DNA of 64,000 nt from the human T2T-CHM13v2.0 reference genome, Homo sapiens, in NCBI RefSeq assembly GCF_009914755.1, contig NC_060947.1; one strand, given 5' to 3'. The notes under the pieces were generated by a model. It searched no databases. It was not told where the DNA came from and saw nothing but the letters and a program-made list of their open reading frames with translations. Position 1 is the stretch's first letter; each line of letters opens with the position of its first letter. Made by a program: the position numbers and the translations under genes. Shown in pieces: positions 10,776 through 24,015 of the stretch.

Positions 10776-12207
10776 TGCACCCTGTATAAAGGAGAAAAAT
10801 TCTCGGGACTACTAATTTTGACCGAAATTATTGTTGATTTAATTTATACAAACACAAAAGGTGATACAAACATTTTTATAGCACCTAATGAACATATTTG
10901 TGAAATAAATGCATTCAAAAACAAACTAAAACAGAAAAGAATAAAAATATACAATAAAATAGTACACAGCAGGTTGCTGATTGTGGTGACCTCTGAGGTG
11001 CGGGCTGAATTGTGGAGGAACTTTATACAGAGAAGAATTGTGAATTATCTGTATTTTAGATTTCTTTTGCAACAAGAATATAGGCACAATTATCTTTTAA
11101 ATTACAATATCTAAATAAGCCTAACAGCAAAAATAGTAGCTGTGTATTAGTCAGTTAAAGTAACTGAAGTAACTGCTAGCTGATGCAATAGGCAAACCCT
11201 GGAATTTGAGTGACATGACAAAACACAAGTTTATTTAATGTGCACATGAGTCCTGATGTGGTTTGACAGGGCCTCTCCACTCTCCCGTGACCCAGGTATC
11301 CAGGCAGCTTCCACCTCGGGATTCCACCACCTCAACATGAGGCTGCCATGTTTACTATTAGATGGAGGGAGAAAGCATGGAAATGGCACACTGGCTCTCA
11401 GATGTCTAGATGTGACAAACAATGCTTCTGCTCATGTTTCAGTGGTAAGGGGTTGTCACATGACCCTTCCTAACTACAAGTGGACTGTACTGTTCCCATG
11501 TATCCAGGAAAGAGAGGAAGATGAGATGTGGGTGAGCACTATAGTCTCTCCCATAAACTGTTGCATAGTAGGTGCTCAACAAAAAGGAACTATTATTATT
11601 TGCTATGACAACAGCCCTCTTCATTGCTGGGAGGAGTTTCGGAGAAAACCAGATTTTCTTTACGTTCTCCAACTTTTTTTAAGTGTGTACTGTATGACAG
11701 ATGCTTTCAAATACAGGATCACATGTAGTTTTCTAAGGATCCAGTATACCTCAGCACCTCGTGTGATATACTAACTTCTTCACTCACTAGTATAGTTAGA
11801 TATACTAACTATCTTCACTTACTAACACTTTTCTGCACTGTCATTTGCAATAATGTCTGAAACCTTAGTAGGCTGAGAATTTCTCATTCTTTTAATTCAT
11901 GGGTAAAACCTCAACCTGTGGGTCTCTGCTACCCTCCTGTTACCTGAACGTCTGTTCAGATGCCATTAGACACATTGAAAGCTATGTCTTTCCTGTGGGG
12001 CAGATCCACAGACCAGAAGTAGTGCCAAGAGAGTTCTTTTTTTCATTTCTGATTTTTTTTCCATTTCTAATCAGAGCTAGCATGCCTACCGAGGAACCAC
12101 TTTTCGTCTCCTAGGAGAACTTTAGGGTTTTAGGAATTCAGCTTCAGTAGATATTTGCCCCACAGTGATTTTGACAGTCCTTCCTCATCTGTCACTTATG
12201 AAGGAGA

Positions 12208-12593
12208 TGCTGTGAACTGAACTGTGCCCCCACCCCCACCAAAACTCATATGTTGAAACCCTAAGACCCAGTGTGATGTATCTGTAGATGAGGCCTTTGG
12301 ACGTAATTAGAGTTAGATGAGGTCATTAAGGTGGAACCTTCGTGATGGGATTACCGCTCTTATAAGAGACATCAGAGAGCTTGCTCGCATTCTCTCCTTC
12401 TGCCATGTGCAGACACACAGAGAAGGTAGCTGTCTACAAGCCAGGAAGAGACCCTCACCAGGCATCAAACCTGCTAGAACCTTGATCTCAAACTTCCCAG
12501 CCTCCAGAAATGCGAGAAACATCTACCTATTTGTTTAAGCCACCCAGTGGTACTTTGTTATGGTACTTTGTTATGGCAGCCTGAGCTAATACA
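12208..12593 (+). mobile_element. MLT1A0-like MaLR solo LTR
   Basis: tgctgtgaactgaactgtgcccc...gatgaggtcattaaggtgg...tatggcagcctgagctaataca. Confidence 0.8.
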
Positions 12594-13191
12594 AGAGGCT
12601 TTGGCTTTTGACCATCTATGTATGTGCTCTGTGGCCAGTTTCCAATGAGACAGCTTATTAAAGTCCTATTGTAAATATAGGATGGTTTCAAACACTTTCT
12701 AACTTCAGGGTTGTATCCCAGGAACTGATATATTATAAGTCAAAATCAGACGCTACTCACCAGCTGACTTGGAAAACATTTTAAGAATGTGTTGAAGACA
12801 TCCAACAGGATGATCAGATGTCTAAAGGTCTCTATTCAAAGTCAAATGTATTTTTGCTATTAGAGGGGCCCCAGTGTGAGGAACAGGGACAGTCAGGGGA
12901 CTTCTCCAGAAAGTAGAACTGTTCTATGTTAGGAGAAGGGCAGGTGACTCTTGGCTGTCCCACTGGAAGTAGGGCACAGCCTTTAAAGGATGCAACCATG
13001 AAGAGCTTAGCAGCAAGCTCGATTCCAGAATTGGACAGGCAGGCACATGGGGCAAGACCATTGTGGAAGGGTGCTATAATTCGGGAAAGTGCTGGGAATG
13101 CACAGAAATGCTGGCACCTGGACAGAGTTGGCTCTCAAGGAACCACAGACGATTCCTAAATTGTGTTGGTTCTCATTGTCACCTTCCTTCA

Positions 13192-14010
13192 TGTCTTAGT
13201 CATTTCATGCTGCTGTAACAAAATGCTATAGACTGGGGGTCTTACACAACAGATGCTTATTTTCTCCCAGTTCTGGAGGCTGGGAAGCCAAAAGTCAGAA
13301 TGCCAGTATGGTGGGTGTCTGGTGAGGGTCTTCTTTCTGGCTTATGGATGCCCACCTTCTCTGTGAGTCCTCACATGGCAGAGAGAGAAAGAGAAAAATG
13401 TGCAAGCTCTCTGGCATTTCTTCCTATAAGGACACTGATATGGTCTGGATCAGTGTCCCCACCAAATCTCACGCTGAATTGTAATCCACAGTGTTGGAGG
13501 TGGGGCCTGGTGGGAGGTGATTGGATCATGGGGGCAGATTTCTCATTAATAGTTTAGTACCATCACCTTGGTACTGTGCTCATGATAGTGAGTGATTTCT
13601 CACGACATACGGTCATATAATAGTGTGTGGCAATGCCCCCCCCGTCTCTCTTGCTCCTGCTTTCACCAAGTGAAGAGCCTGCTCCTTCTTTGCCTACTGC
13701 CATAAGTAAAAGCTCCCTAAGGCCTCTCCAGAAGCAGATGCTGCCACGCTTCCTGTACATCCTGCAAACCGTAAGCCAATTAAACCTATTTTTTTTTAAT
13801 AAATTACCCAGTCTCAGGTATTTCTTTATAGCAACGCAAGAATGAACGAATACAGACATTAATCCAATCATGAGGGCCTACGCTCTCAGGAGCTCATCTA
13901 ACCCTAATTACCTCCCAAAGGCCCCATCTCCAGACCATCACATTGGGACTTAGAGCTTCAACATATACATTTTTTTTTTTTTTGGAGGGGAGCACATTTC
14001 AGTCCATAGC
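13192..14010 (-). mobile_element. MLT1A-type LTR split by an MSTB-type LTR (13436-13854, + strand)
   Basis: The MST runs tgatatggtctgg...gaatgaacgaataca and is flanked by a 5-bp TSD GACAC/GACAT; the host LTR resumes on both sides. Confidence 0.8.
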
Positions 14011-14164
14011 ACTTCTTTAGGCATACTTTTTGTAGCTTGACCACAGGGTCCTTCTTTTGGTTGCCTGAGAGACGTGGATTCCTGAGAAGTAAATAGCAAG
14101 ACGAAGGTCTGCTTCAGGTTGGGACGCGAAGGAATGACATACACTCAGATGAATTCGGACCATG

Positions 14165-14640
14165 TGTATTAGTTTGCTTTGGCTATCATAACAAGGTACC
14201 ACAGACTGGGGGAGCTTAAGCGTCAGAAATGTATTTTCCCAGTCCCGGAGGCTACAAGTTCAGGCTCAAGGTGTGGGCAGGGTTGAGTTGTCCTGAGGCC
14301 TGTCTCCTTGACTTGTAGATGGCCATTCTCTTCCTGTGTCTTCACATGGTCTTTCCTCTGTGTGTGTCTGTGTCCTAATGTCCTCTTCTTATAAGGACAC
14401 CAGTCATATTGGATTGGGGCCCATCCTAATCTAGCAGGGATGCAATCCCAACCGTGTTGCTTATTAGCCATGTAATTATGGGGAAATCATCAAGCCGCAT
14501 GAGCATCAGGTTCTTCATCTGTGAAGCAGGTTTGATAAAGTCTGTCTTATAGGACTTTTGGAGTGTGTGCAATGTAAGTAAAGCACTTGGCTCAGGGCCT
14601 GGCATATATTAGATCGTTAATGTTTGGCAGTTATTTGTGT
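14165..14640. mobile_element. MLT1C-like LTR fragment followed by a MIR
   Basis: tgtattagtttgct...accacagactggg...ttataaggacaccagtcatattggatt; then ttcttcatctgtgaa...tgtaagtaaagcacttgg. Confidence 0.65.
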
Positions 14641-15814
14641 TACTATTTGGAACTCAGATCCTACCATAGTTGCCTCTGGGAATTTTGTTGTTGCTGTTGT
14701 TATTGTTATCTAGGAAACCTCAGAGTACGTAGCACAACAGTACAGAGAATAGAATACCAACTCAGCCCAAAGTGTTGCTTCATAGACAAAACACAGTAGA
14801 ATTTCCCTCCTAGAGGATCTATTGTTTAATTTGTGTGTGGAGGAGTCTTCTTCAGCTGGATTGCAGCTCAGTGTTCCTGGAACGTGAGTCCAGGACCAAC
14901 TCTTTTCCTCCCTCTCAGCTGCTTTTCCATCTCAACCACTATTTTCATTCATATAATCACCACGCAAAATCTAGCCCATGCTCAGGAATGGCCAAATTAC
15001 ACTTGAGATAACCTAATTAGAATGCCATTTGACTAGAGTCAGCTCTAGCTCTCCCACTAAGGCAGAAGAGTACCTTGCCAGTGGCTTCTGGGCCTCCCTT
15101 CCTGAGAGATTCACCCTTACCTCCCAGGAAACCCTTGCAGATGATGAGTATCCATCACCTAGCTCTTGGGCTGTATTCAACCGCACTGGGATAAGAGCAC
15201 AGGATGCCTTCCATTCCTGCCCCAGGTGGAAACTCGTCTATGTTCATCCACCAACCATAATGAACTGCTCAGAGCAGTTTTCCATTCCAGGCTTTTCTCT
15301 CCCTGAGAATCTGACCCTGGACCCACCAGCTTCATTAGAATCAGCTTCCTCCGAAGGAACTGCAGTTTCCCAAAGCCCAAAAGGCCCTGGCTCAGGGCAT
15401 TTACACTCCACCACTCTCACCGGGAGCACCACACATTCTGCCCTCTCTTACTTTTCCTCTAGGTCTTAGAGGAAATCTCACCAACTTAATTTTATGACTA
15501 TAGCTCCTAGACCCTACCACCCTTCGGGTAGGGGTGGGTCTGACTTATGCCAGTATCTCCAGTAACACAGTGCTTTCCAAAGAGCAGATGCTCAGTGAGT
15601 GTTTGAGAAAGAATGAGCCAGTGACCAGGACTTCCATTTAAGATATAATTTCTCCTACATCCTTGAATAAGCCAAGAAAATCCAGGTACACATATATGGC
15701 TTAATTTTATAGAACAGCACATGAATAAAAAGCTGAGAATTAACTGTCTTTTCCTTTTATTTCTATTTTTTAGAGTAAAGTGAGAGCAAGTTTATTAAGA
15801 AAGTAAAGAAATAA

Positions 15815-16173
<359 letters not shown>

Positions 16174-16239
16174 TGGTTGCCCATTTTTATGGTTATTTCT
16201 TGATTATATGCTAAACAAGGGGTGGACTATTCATGAGTT

Positions 16240-16269
16240 TTCCAGGAAAAAAGTGGGGAATTCTTGGAA
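16240..16269. promoter_or_regulatory. Tandem GAS (STAT) motifs in MER41 U3
   Basis: TTCCAGGAA (16240-16248) and TTCTTGGAA (16261-16269), both TTCN3GAA, at the position of the known MER41B STAT1 sites. Confidence 0.6.
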
Positions 16270-17384
16270 CTGAGGGCTCCTCCCCTTTTTCAGCCATATA
16301 GGGTAACTTCCAAACGTTGCCATGGCATCTGTAAACTGTCGTGGTGCCGGTGGGAGTGTCTTTTAGCATGCTAATGCATATAATGAGCAGTGAGGATGAC
16401 CAGAGGTCACTCTCATTGCCATCTTGGCTTTGGTGGGTTTTGGCTGGCTTCTTTACTGCAACCCGTTTTATCAGCAAGGTCTTTATGACCTGTATCTTGT
16501 GCCGACATACTGTCTCATCCTGTGACTAAGAATGCCTTACCTCCTGGGAATGTAGCCCAGTAGGTCTCAGCCCTATTTTACCCAGACCCTGTTCAAGATG
16601 GAGTTGCTCTGGTTCAAACACCTCTGACATTTCCCTCCTCCCTTTTATCTGAGAACCTTTATTCCTAAGGGTTGTAGAGGGATGAAGATCCATCTTCTGT
16701 AACTTCTTCAGGCTGAATAGGGGTGATGATATTACTGCCTAATTATGAGAGTCTTTTGAATTCAGGACAGAGAGGAGCTCAGTCAGAAAGCGTCAGTTTG
16801 GTGAGGGTCATACACAACTCTGAGTTCTGACAAAACATGTTATCTGGAAGATTAATAAGTGTTCAGTTTAAGAAAACATTGAGTAAGCTTATCCTGCACT
16901 CCTGCACCAAGAATACAACACCAGTGTATTCCACAACAGTAAAGCAAAATAAGTAAAATTATCCCAAGGTAAACTAAGTAAGAAGGCTTTCCTTGAACTG
17001 GGCAACTGTTAGAACCAGGCTGATACGGGGTCACTATCTGATTTCAATATGTGCCCAGAACTAGAATATTGATCCAGATTTTTACATTACCCATCCCTCT
17101 TGCTTCTTCTAAATAGCAGTCAGGGATCACTGATTGGTTCACAGGAATAAGAAAAGTGAGTCTAAATTGCAGAAAAAAACTTTAAAACAACGAATGAAAC
17201 TAGAATCTAATAACAGGTGCACCATAGTTTTTGCAACATCATATTTTTTTCTCTCTCCAGTCTCCCATTTTTACTAAAGACAAATCATGGTAAGACTGGT
17301 TTGTTTTATTATACTTGGCCTGATCATTTGTATAAAGTGCAGCAAGAATAATTATTTTTCACATACGCTCTTTATATTTTTATT

Positions 17385-18120
<736 letters not shown>

Positions 18121-19085
18121 TCAAATACCTCTGAGTTGGGTAAAATCCTCTCCTCTTGAGGTCCCAAGATAACTTGGGGCTCCTGGGCCTGTCAGATAAT
18201 GACATTCTTTACTTACCACAGGTCAGTAACCCTGCACAGGGACTGTGTAGACAAGTTATGAGGCTAGTTTTCCCAAGGGGTTTTTATTGGCTCTATAAGT
18301 CAAGTTTGATCCCTTAAAGGAAAGAACACCATTCCAGTCAAAGCCTTGGTAAAATAACCAGTTTCTCCAATTGTGTCTTGTTGCAAAAGAAAACAGATTC
18401 TTATTGCACTTATGCAAATAACTATATTGCTATAAGTTAAGAATATTCACAAGCAGTTTCCAAATTCTAGAGAAATTAGGTAGAGAGAAACAAATATGCT
18501 CTGAATTTTGTTCACAGAAGTATACTTTACTGAATTGTTAAAAGCTGTCAATAGCCCAGAAGAAAAGTTTTCCTGACTCCAAAGTCTGCCAGTCAGTGCT
18601 GCCGTCTATTTCCTTTGGGTCAGGGGGTTTCCTCAGTATTGTCCCTTCAGGGTTCACCGGAAAGATGTTACTGGAATGGGGTCCCAGTGCAGACTCCAAA
18701 AGAGGGTTCTTGGAGCTCGTGCAAGAAAGAATTCGAGGTGAATCCATAGAGTAAAGTGAGAGCAAGTTTATTAAGAAAGTAAATAAAAGAATAGCTACTC
18801 TACGGGCAGAGCAGCCTATCTTTTCCTTTTATTTCTCTGTTTCATGACCCCATCAATTTTTTTGCTAATGTATTTCATTCTCCAAGGAAACACCTATTCC
18901 AATGCCATGGCATCTTGTTCCAAACCGCAAAACCAGATGAAGGGCTTCCCAATATGTTTTACAAAATAGCAAACTCATCCAAATAGAACAGAACACAAAG
19001 ACATTATACACTGAGTTCCCTTCCACCCACCGTGCCTTTCACTAGTGAGAACGCTGACTGCTCTCTTTAGAGTGAAGAATGGGCC

Positions 19086-20010
19086 TCATGTCACACAGGG
19101 TGGGGAAGCTGCTGGATGTAGCCCTGGAACGTGCACTAGTCCACCCCACCCTCCACTGGCCCTGGCTGCATCGCCTGCTGAAACTCTCTCTTCCTCATAG
19201 CATGCAGGATCACTTCTGGGCACCTGCCAGTACTCCAGGTAATTTTCCTGCACCCAATCCCGGGTGAGCAGCTTCCTGGGCTCCCCATAGATGAAGTGCT
19301 CCCTCCCAGCATACACCTCTATCACATTCAGGGCTTCCCACATAACCTCCTCTGGGGCGCAGTTGCCCTCCGTGAAGATCACACACAGGACAATTATTAG
19401 GAGGCCCGTCTTGGGCTTGCTCGGGTCATCAACCAGCATGCCATCATAGGAGAGGCCCAGAGAGGTGACAAGGACATAGGAATGGCCGGTGGGGACCACT
19501 TCCTTCACGTCGATGCCAAAGATCAGCTGCATGTACTCGGAGGATTCCTTGAAAATGAAAGCGAAGTAGTCTTCGTGATTTTTGATGACACTATCCACCA
19601 TTTCTGCCTTTGTGACTGACTCCTTAATTCGAAACTTGTGGAGCAGGACACTAACTAAATCAGACACCTTGTCAGAGTGCCTCTCGGAGGAAGGACTCCA
19701 TGACACTTGGGATGGGCAAGGTGATTGGCTCCTCCTTTTCTTGGCTGCTGGAGCCCTCATCGGATTGGTTCCATAGAGTGTTATCGATGGTAGTGGGGGA
19801 GGAGGAGGCTCCCTGCATACTCTGGGGAGGACTCAGTGCCTCAGCAGCACACAACTCCTCCAGGGTGCCCATGATCAGACTAGAGGAGGAAGAGGCAGCC
19901 TCCTCCTCCTCAGGCACAGGACCCTGCCCACCCACCAGGCCAGGGACCTCTCCTTGGGCCTCAAGGCCTTCCTCAGGCATGTAGTGCTGACTCCTCTGTC
20001 CAAGAGGCAT
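19086..20010 (-). pseudogene. MAGE-A family pseudogene coding exon (frameshift plus C-terminal deletion)
   Basis: ATG at 20010 gives MPLGQRSQHYMPEEGLEAQGE...REAL* (112 aa). The MAGE homology domain continues in another frame from ~19673 (DKVSDLV...VTKAEM...GLSYDG...[19 protein letters not shown]...PACYE). The FLWGPRA segment is missing. Confidence 0.93.
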
Positions 20011-20153
20011 GATGACTCTGGTCAAGGCAGCAAGCGGGAGTGTGGGCAGGAGCTGGGTAATGGGGATGCACAGGCCTGGGGAGAGAGGGAGCGTGTGAGA
20101 GGCCTCAGCTAAGAACCAGACTTTGGAGGAGGCTCTAACAAAGGCCTACTTAC

Positions 20154-20227
20154 GGATCTTCTCCTTCAGTGCTCCTCTGGGGCCTCCTGGGGCTCCTGTC
20201 CTCCTGGTCAGCCTGTCCCCTGAGAAT
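20154..20227 (-). other. Pseudogene non-coding exon 2 homologue, splice sites intact
   Basis: cttcag|ATTCTCAGGGGACAGG...GAGAAGATCC|gtaagt; the downstream exon 3 acceptor ctctccccag|GCC at 20075 is also intact. Confidence 0.75.
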
Positions 20228-22970
20228 CTGAAGAAAGAAGTGACACAGCTTCTCAGGTTACAGCCAGCCAGCAGAGGCCAAGGCCCCAAGGCTGAGGGTA
20301 GGGCAGGTGGGGCTGGGCGCTCTGGGGTCCCATCCATTATGGGTGGGTGGGACCCTTGGTATACATTCAGGGTGAACACCTCACCTTGACTGCTGGCACT
20401 GCCTGGGTCTCCTCTGCTCTGTGGCTTGAGGACACTGACTCAGACTAAAGCCTCACCTCCAAGTTCCTGGAGCTCCTGGAAGAGGGATCAAGGGGCCCTC
20501 AGGGTGCAGGCTGCAAGCACAGCCTCAGTCCCCCGAGTGCTGTCAGGAGGGTGGGCTGGACTCTGTCAGTTCCCTCACTCTTTTGCATAGATGGCCCCTT
20601 CTATGCTCACTCAGGACCTTCACGTTTCTCCTAGCAGGGCCTGAATCCTGCCCCTTTGCTGGCCTGAGAAACTCTCAGATCAAGAGCTCATATCCCTGAT
20701 ATGGAACAGAAGGACATGAGGGGACCCACATCTGGCCACACCTGCTCAGGGCTTCCAGGCAAGGACAGTAAGAGGTGGCCATATTCAGCTGGGTCCATGT
20801 GTCCTGAGATGAGGAACCTGCTTGGTCCACATCTTGATGCCTGCAGATCCTGGGACTCTCCCTGTTTACCTGAGGCCACCACCTTAAATCAAATCCCTAT
20901 CTCCAAGAGACACCAGTAAAGGAAGTGAGGGGATTCCATCCACCCACTGTTCCCTGCAGTTTCCCATGCCTGACAGAAAAGGCAGGGCAGGGCTGGGTCA
21001 TGTGCATTCGCCGTGTGGGGTCCACTTAGTCCTCACCTTGACTCCTGGCTGAGCCTGGGACCCTCCCTCTGACCTAAATGCAGCCCCTCCAACCAAGGCC
21101 TCCCCCTCCCTGAGACCACTGATCCTGGTATAAGAGAGGGGGCCTCAACTGACAGCTCTGGCCATGCTCTCTGCGGAAACAGCAGGGGCAAGGCAGATTT
21201 CTGTGGGGCCTCCATCTGCCTTCTGGTCCAGCGGTACCCTTAATCCTCCCTCAGGTTCCTCACCTGGGGTCTTAGCAGATCCTGGGTCCGCTCTGTCTGT
21301 TAATCAGATGGGGGTCCCTGTGTTGGCCTGAGTAACCCACTGAGAACTAGGTCCTCACCTCCCTGAGATCCCAAAGCCGACATGAGGAGGACTCACATCC
21401 CGTCACCCCTCCATGGGGTGTCCAGGGCTGACACCAGGGGCTGCCCCCTTCTGTTCTGGGGTGGAAGTTCCAAAGTTCTCCTGTGGGTTATTCATCTTTA
21501 CTCCTGCCGGGACCTGCCGTTCCTCAACCCTCAGCCCCCTGAGATGAGCAGACATCTCCCCTTTACACCAAGACCACATCTCCCTGAGGGTTCTCCAACT
21601 TCCTGCCCGTGGCACAAGTGAGATTGCCACTTAGGGCCACCCTGGATCAGGTCCCCCCAGAGCTAAGAACAAGGACAGCAGACTCTGCGGGGTCTCTTCT
21701 TTCTGGGCTGGGGGTACCTCCAGTCCTCATGAAAGGTGCACACCGTGGGTCCTGCAGATGCTGGGACTCCTCCCTCTGCTGACCAGGTGTGGCTCCCTCT
21801 ACTGGCCTGTCAGTGTCACTGGGACCAAGGTCCTCACCTCCCTGAGACCTCCCACCTCCAACCACATGGCAGAAATGAGAGCATGCCACATGCCATCCCT
21901 GCCTGTGGCCTCCCAGGGCTGAGAACAGGGGAAGCTGGGCGGCTCTGCAAGTTCCCTTCTTCTTTATGATGTGGAGGTAACTTCTTACCTTCAGTCCTTA
22001 CCAAACTTCCTCCCCTTCACTCCTGGAAGACCCTGGACTCTATCCGGTGCTGACCAGGTGTGGCTACCTCTGCTGAGCGGAGGACGCCCCTCAGACCAAG
22101 GCCCCCACCTCACTGAGACCCGGGAGGTAGAGGTGAGGGGGCACCACACGGTCACCCCTGCGTGGGATTCCCAAAGCTGACAGAAGGTGCAAGTTTCAGG
22201 GGGCCCTCCGCTGTCTGGGTGTCTTCCAGGTGTTCAGATTGAGTCCCGACAGGGCCCGGCTCTTTCCCTCCTGCTGAACTGTATGCCAAGGCCACCATGT
22301 CCCTGATACCCTCAGGGAGAAAGTGGTGGGACAGCATCCCTTCCCCACAGTCCTGCCCAGGCCTCCCAGGACTGACAGTAGGGGCAGGTTTCCTAAGTCT
22401 GGGAAGAAAGGTCTTCTGAGTCATCCTTCAGAGCTCTGGGACTCCTCTCTCTGCTGACCTGAGGCCCCACTCCCCAGACCACAGTCCTCTCCTCCCTGAC
22501 ACCCCAAAGGCACAGCGAGTCCAGGCCACATGTGGCCACTGTGCCTGGGACCTCCCAGGGTCGAGGTCCCCACTGATCTGGACTCCAAGTTCCCGTCAGT
22601 CCTCCCTCTTCTTCCTGCCCTTGACTCCCGGCAGGCTTGGGCCCCACCCCAGCCTGCTGACCTGAGTCTTCATCCCTCAGATTCCCAAGGCCAAATGAGG
22701 AGGCACCTCAGTCTCAAACAGGGGGTGGGTGGGCCCCCTGTCCTGGGGTCCTGGGTGCCCTCGGGCCTCTCTCAGGCCTCCCTTGTCTCCCAGCAGGGCC
22801 TGGGCCCTCCCTCTGCTCCCCGCAATCCGTGCTCATGATATGAAGCCCCTTCCCTCCGTCAGCCCTGGATGCCCATGCCAGGATCCACATGCCTGGCCAC
22901 CATGCCTGGAAATTCCCAGGGCTGACAGCAAGGACAGAGCCCCGCTCTGTGGAGCCCTCAACCCTCTCTG

Positions 22971-24015
22971 AGGGTCCTGAACGTGATGGCTGGCAGAGCC
23001 TGGCTGCTGCCCTCTCCTAGGCAGCCCTGCCCTGATCACACCAACCTCTGACTCCAGAGTCCCCTGAGGCTTAAGTGGCAGAGAGTTGGGGGCGGCCCAG
23101 CCTGAGAAGTCCGCCCCCGGGTGGTCCTGGGTTGGCAGCAGGGGTGGTGCTGGATTTTTTAGGGTCCTCTATCTTGGGTTGCAACGGGGTGTCCCTAGTC
23201 CTCCCTCAACGCCTCACCTTTCCTTCACACACAGCCCGGGCCCGCTTTCCTCCGCCGATCTTAAGCCACCCCTCAAAACCAGGCCCTCGCTTCCCTCTGA
23301 TCCCTGAGGCGCAAATCAGTGGCATCACATCCGGGCACCCGGGGCTTCCCTGCGTTGACAGCAGGGGCAAAACCTGATTCTGTCGGGGTGGGGGTGGGGA
23401 TGGGAATGGGAATGGAGGAGGGGTGGGGGCGAGGATGGGGGTGAAGATGGGGATGGGGATGGGGATCCTGAGGCTGTAGGTCGTGGCGGTGACGGTGGGC
23501 TTGGGGGTGAGGGAGGCCCTCAGTCGTTCCTCAGGGTCCTCACCTTGAAACCTGGCAGAACCTGGGCCCTGCCCTCTCCTAACCACCCCTGCCTTGGTCA
23601 CACCAAGCTCTGACTCCAGAGTCCCCTGTGGCATAAGCGGCGGGGGTTGGCAGGGCGCCGGGGGGTGGCCCAGACTGAGAAGTACTCCCCTAGGTGGTCC
23701 AGGGCTGGCAGCAGGGGTGACGCTGAATTATTTGGGGTCCTCTATCTGGGGTGGAGGCGTCCTCAGTCCTCCCTCAGCCTCTCACCTTGTCTTCTCACAG
23801 AGCCTGGGTCCACTTCCCTCTGCCAATCTCAAGCCGCCCCTCAGACCGAGACCCTCGCTTCTCTGACCCCCTAGCCGTCACATCCGGCCACCAAGCCTGG
23901 GGCTTCCTTGGGTTGACTGCTGGTGTCATAGCGGATTCTGCTATGAGTGGGGGTGGAAATGGGGGTGGGGGTGGGGGGTCGAGGTCGAGGGGGTGGGCAC
24001 TCTCAGTCATCCTCA
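22971..24015 (-). promoter_or_regulatory. Two tandem MAGE promoter/exon-1 modules (22971-23532 and 23533-24015)
   Basis: Each is homologous to MAGEA3 ~3950-4520 and has an Ets core CCGGATGT (23327-23334; 23880-23887), a donor AAG|gtgag (23218; 23786) and a G-tract. Confidence 0.75.

Noticed and set aside
19086-19760. 224-aa MAGE-domain ORF as a functional gene
   Set aside because: It is the post-frameshift half of the pseudogene; its start is out of frame with the MAGE N-terminus and the FLWGPRA segment is deleted.
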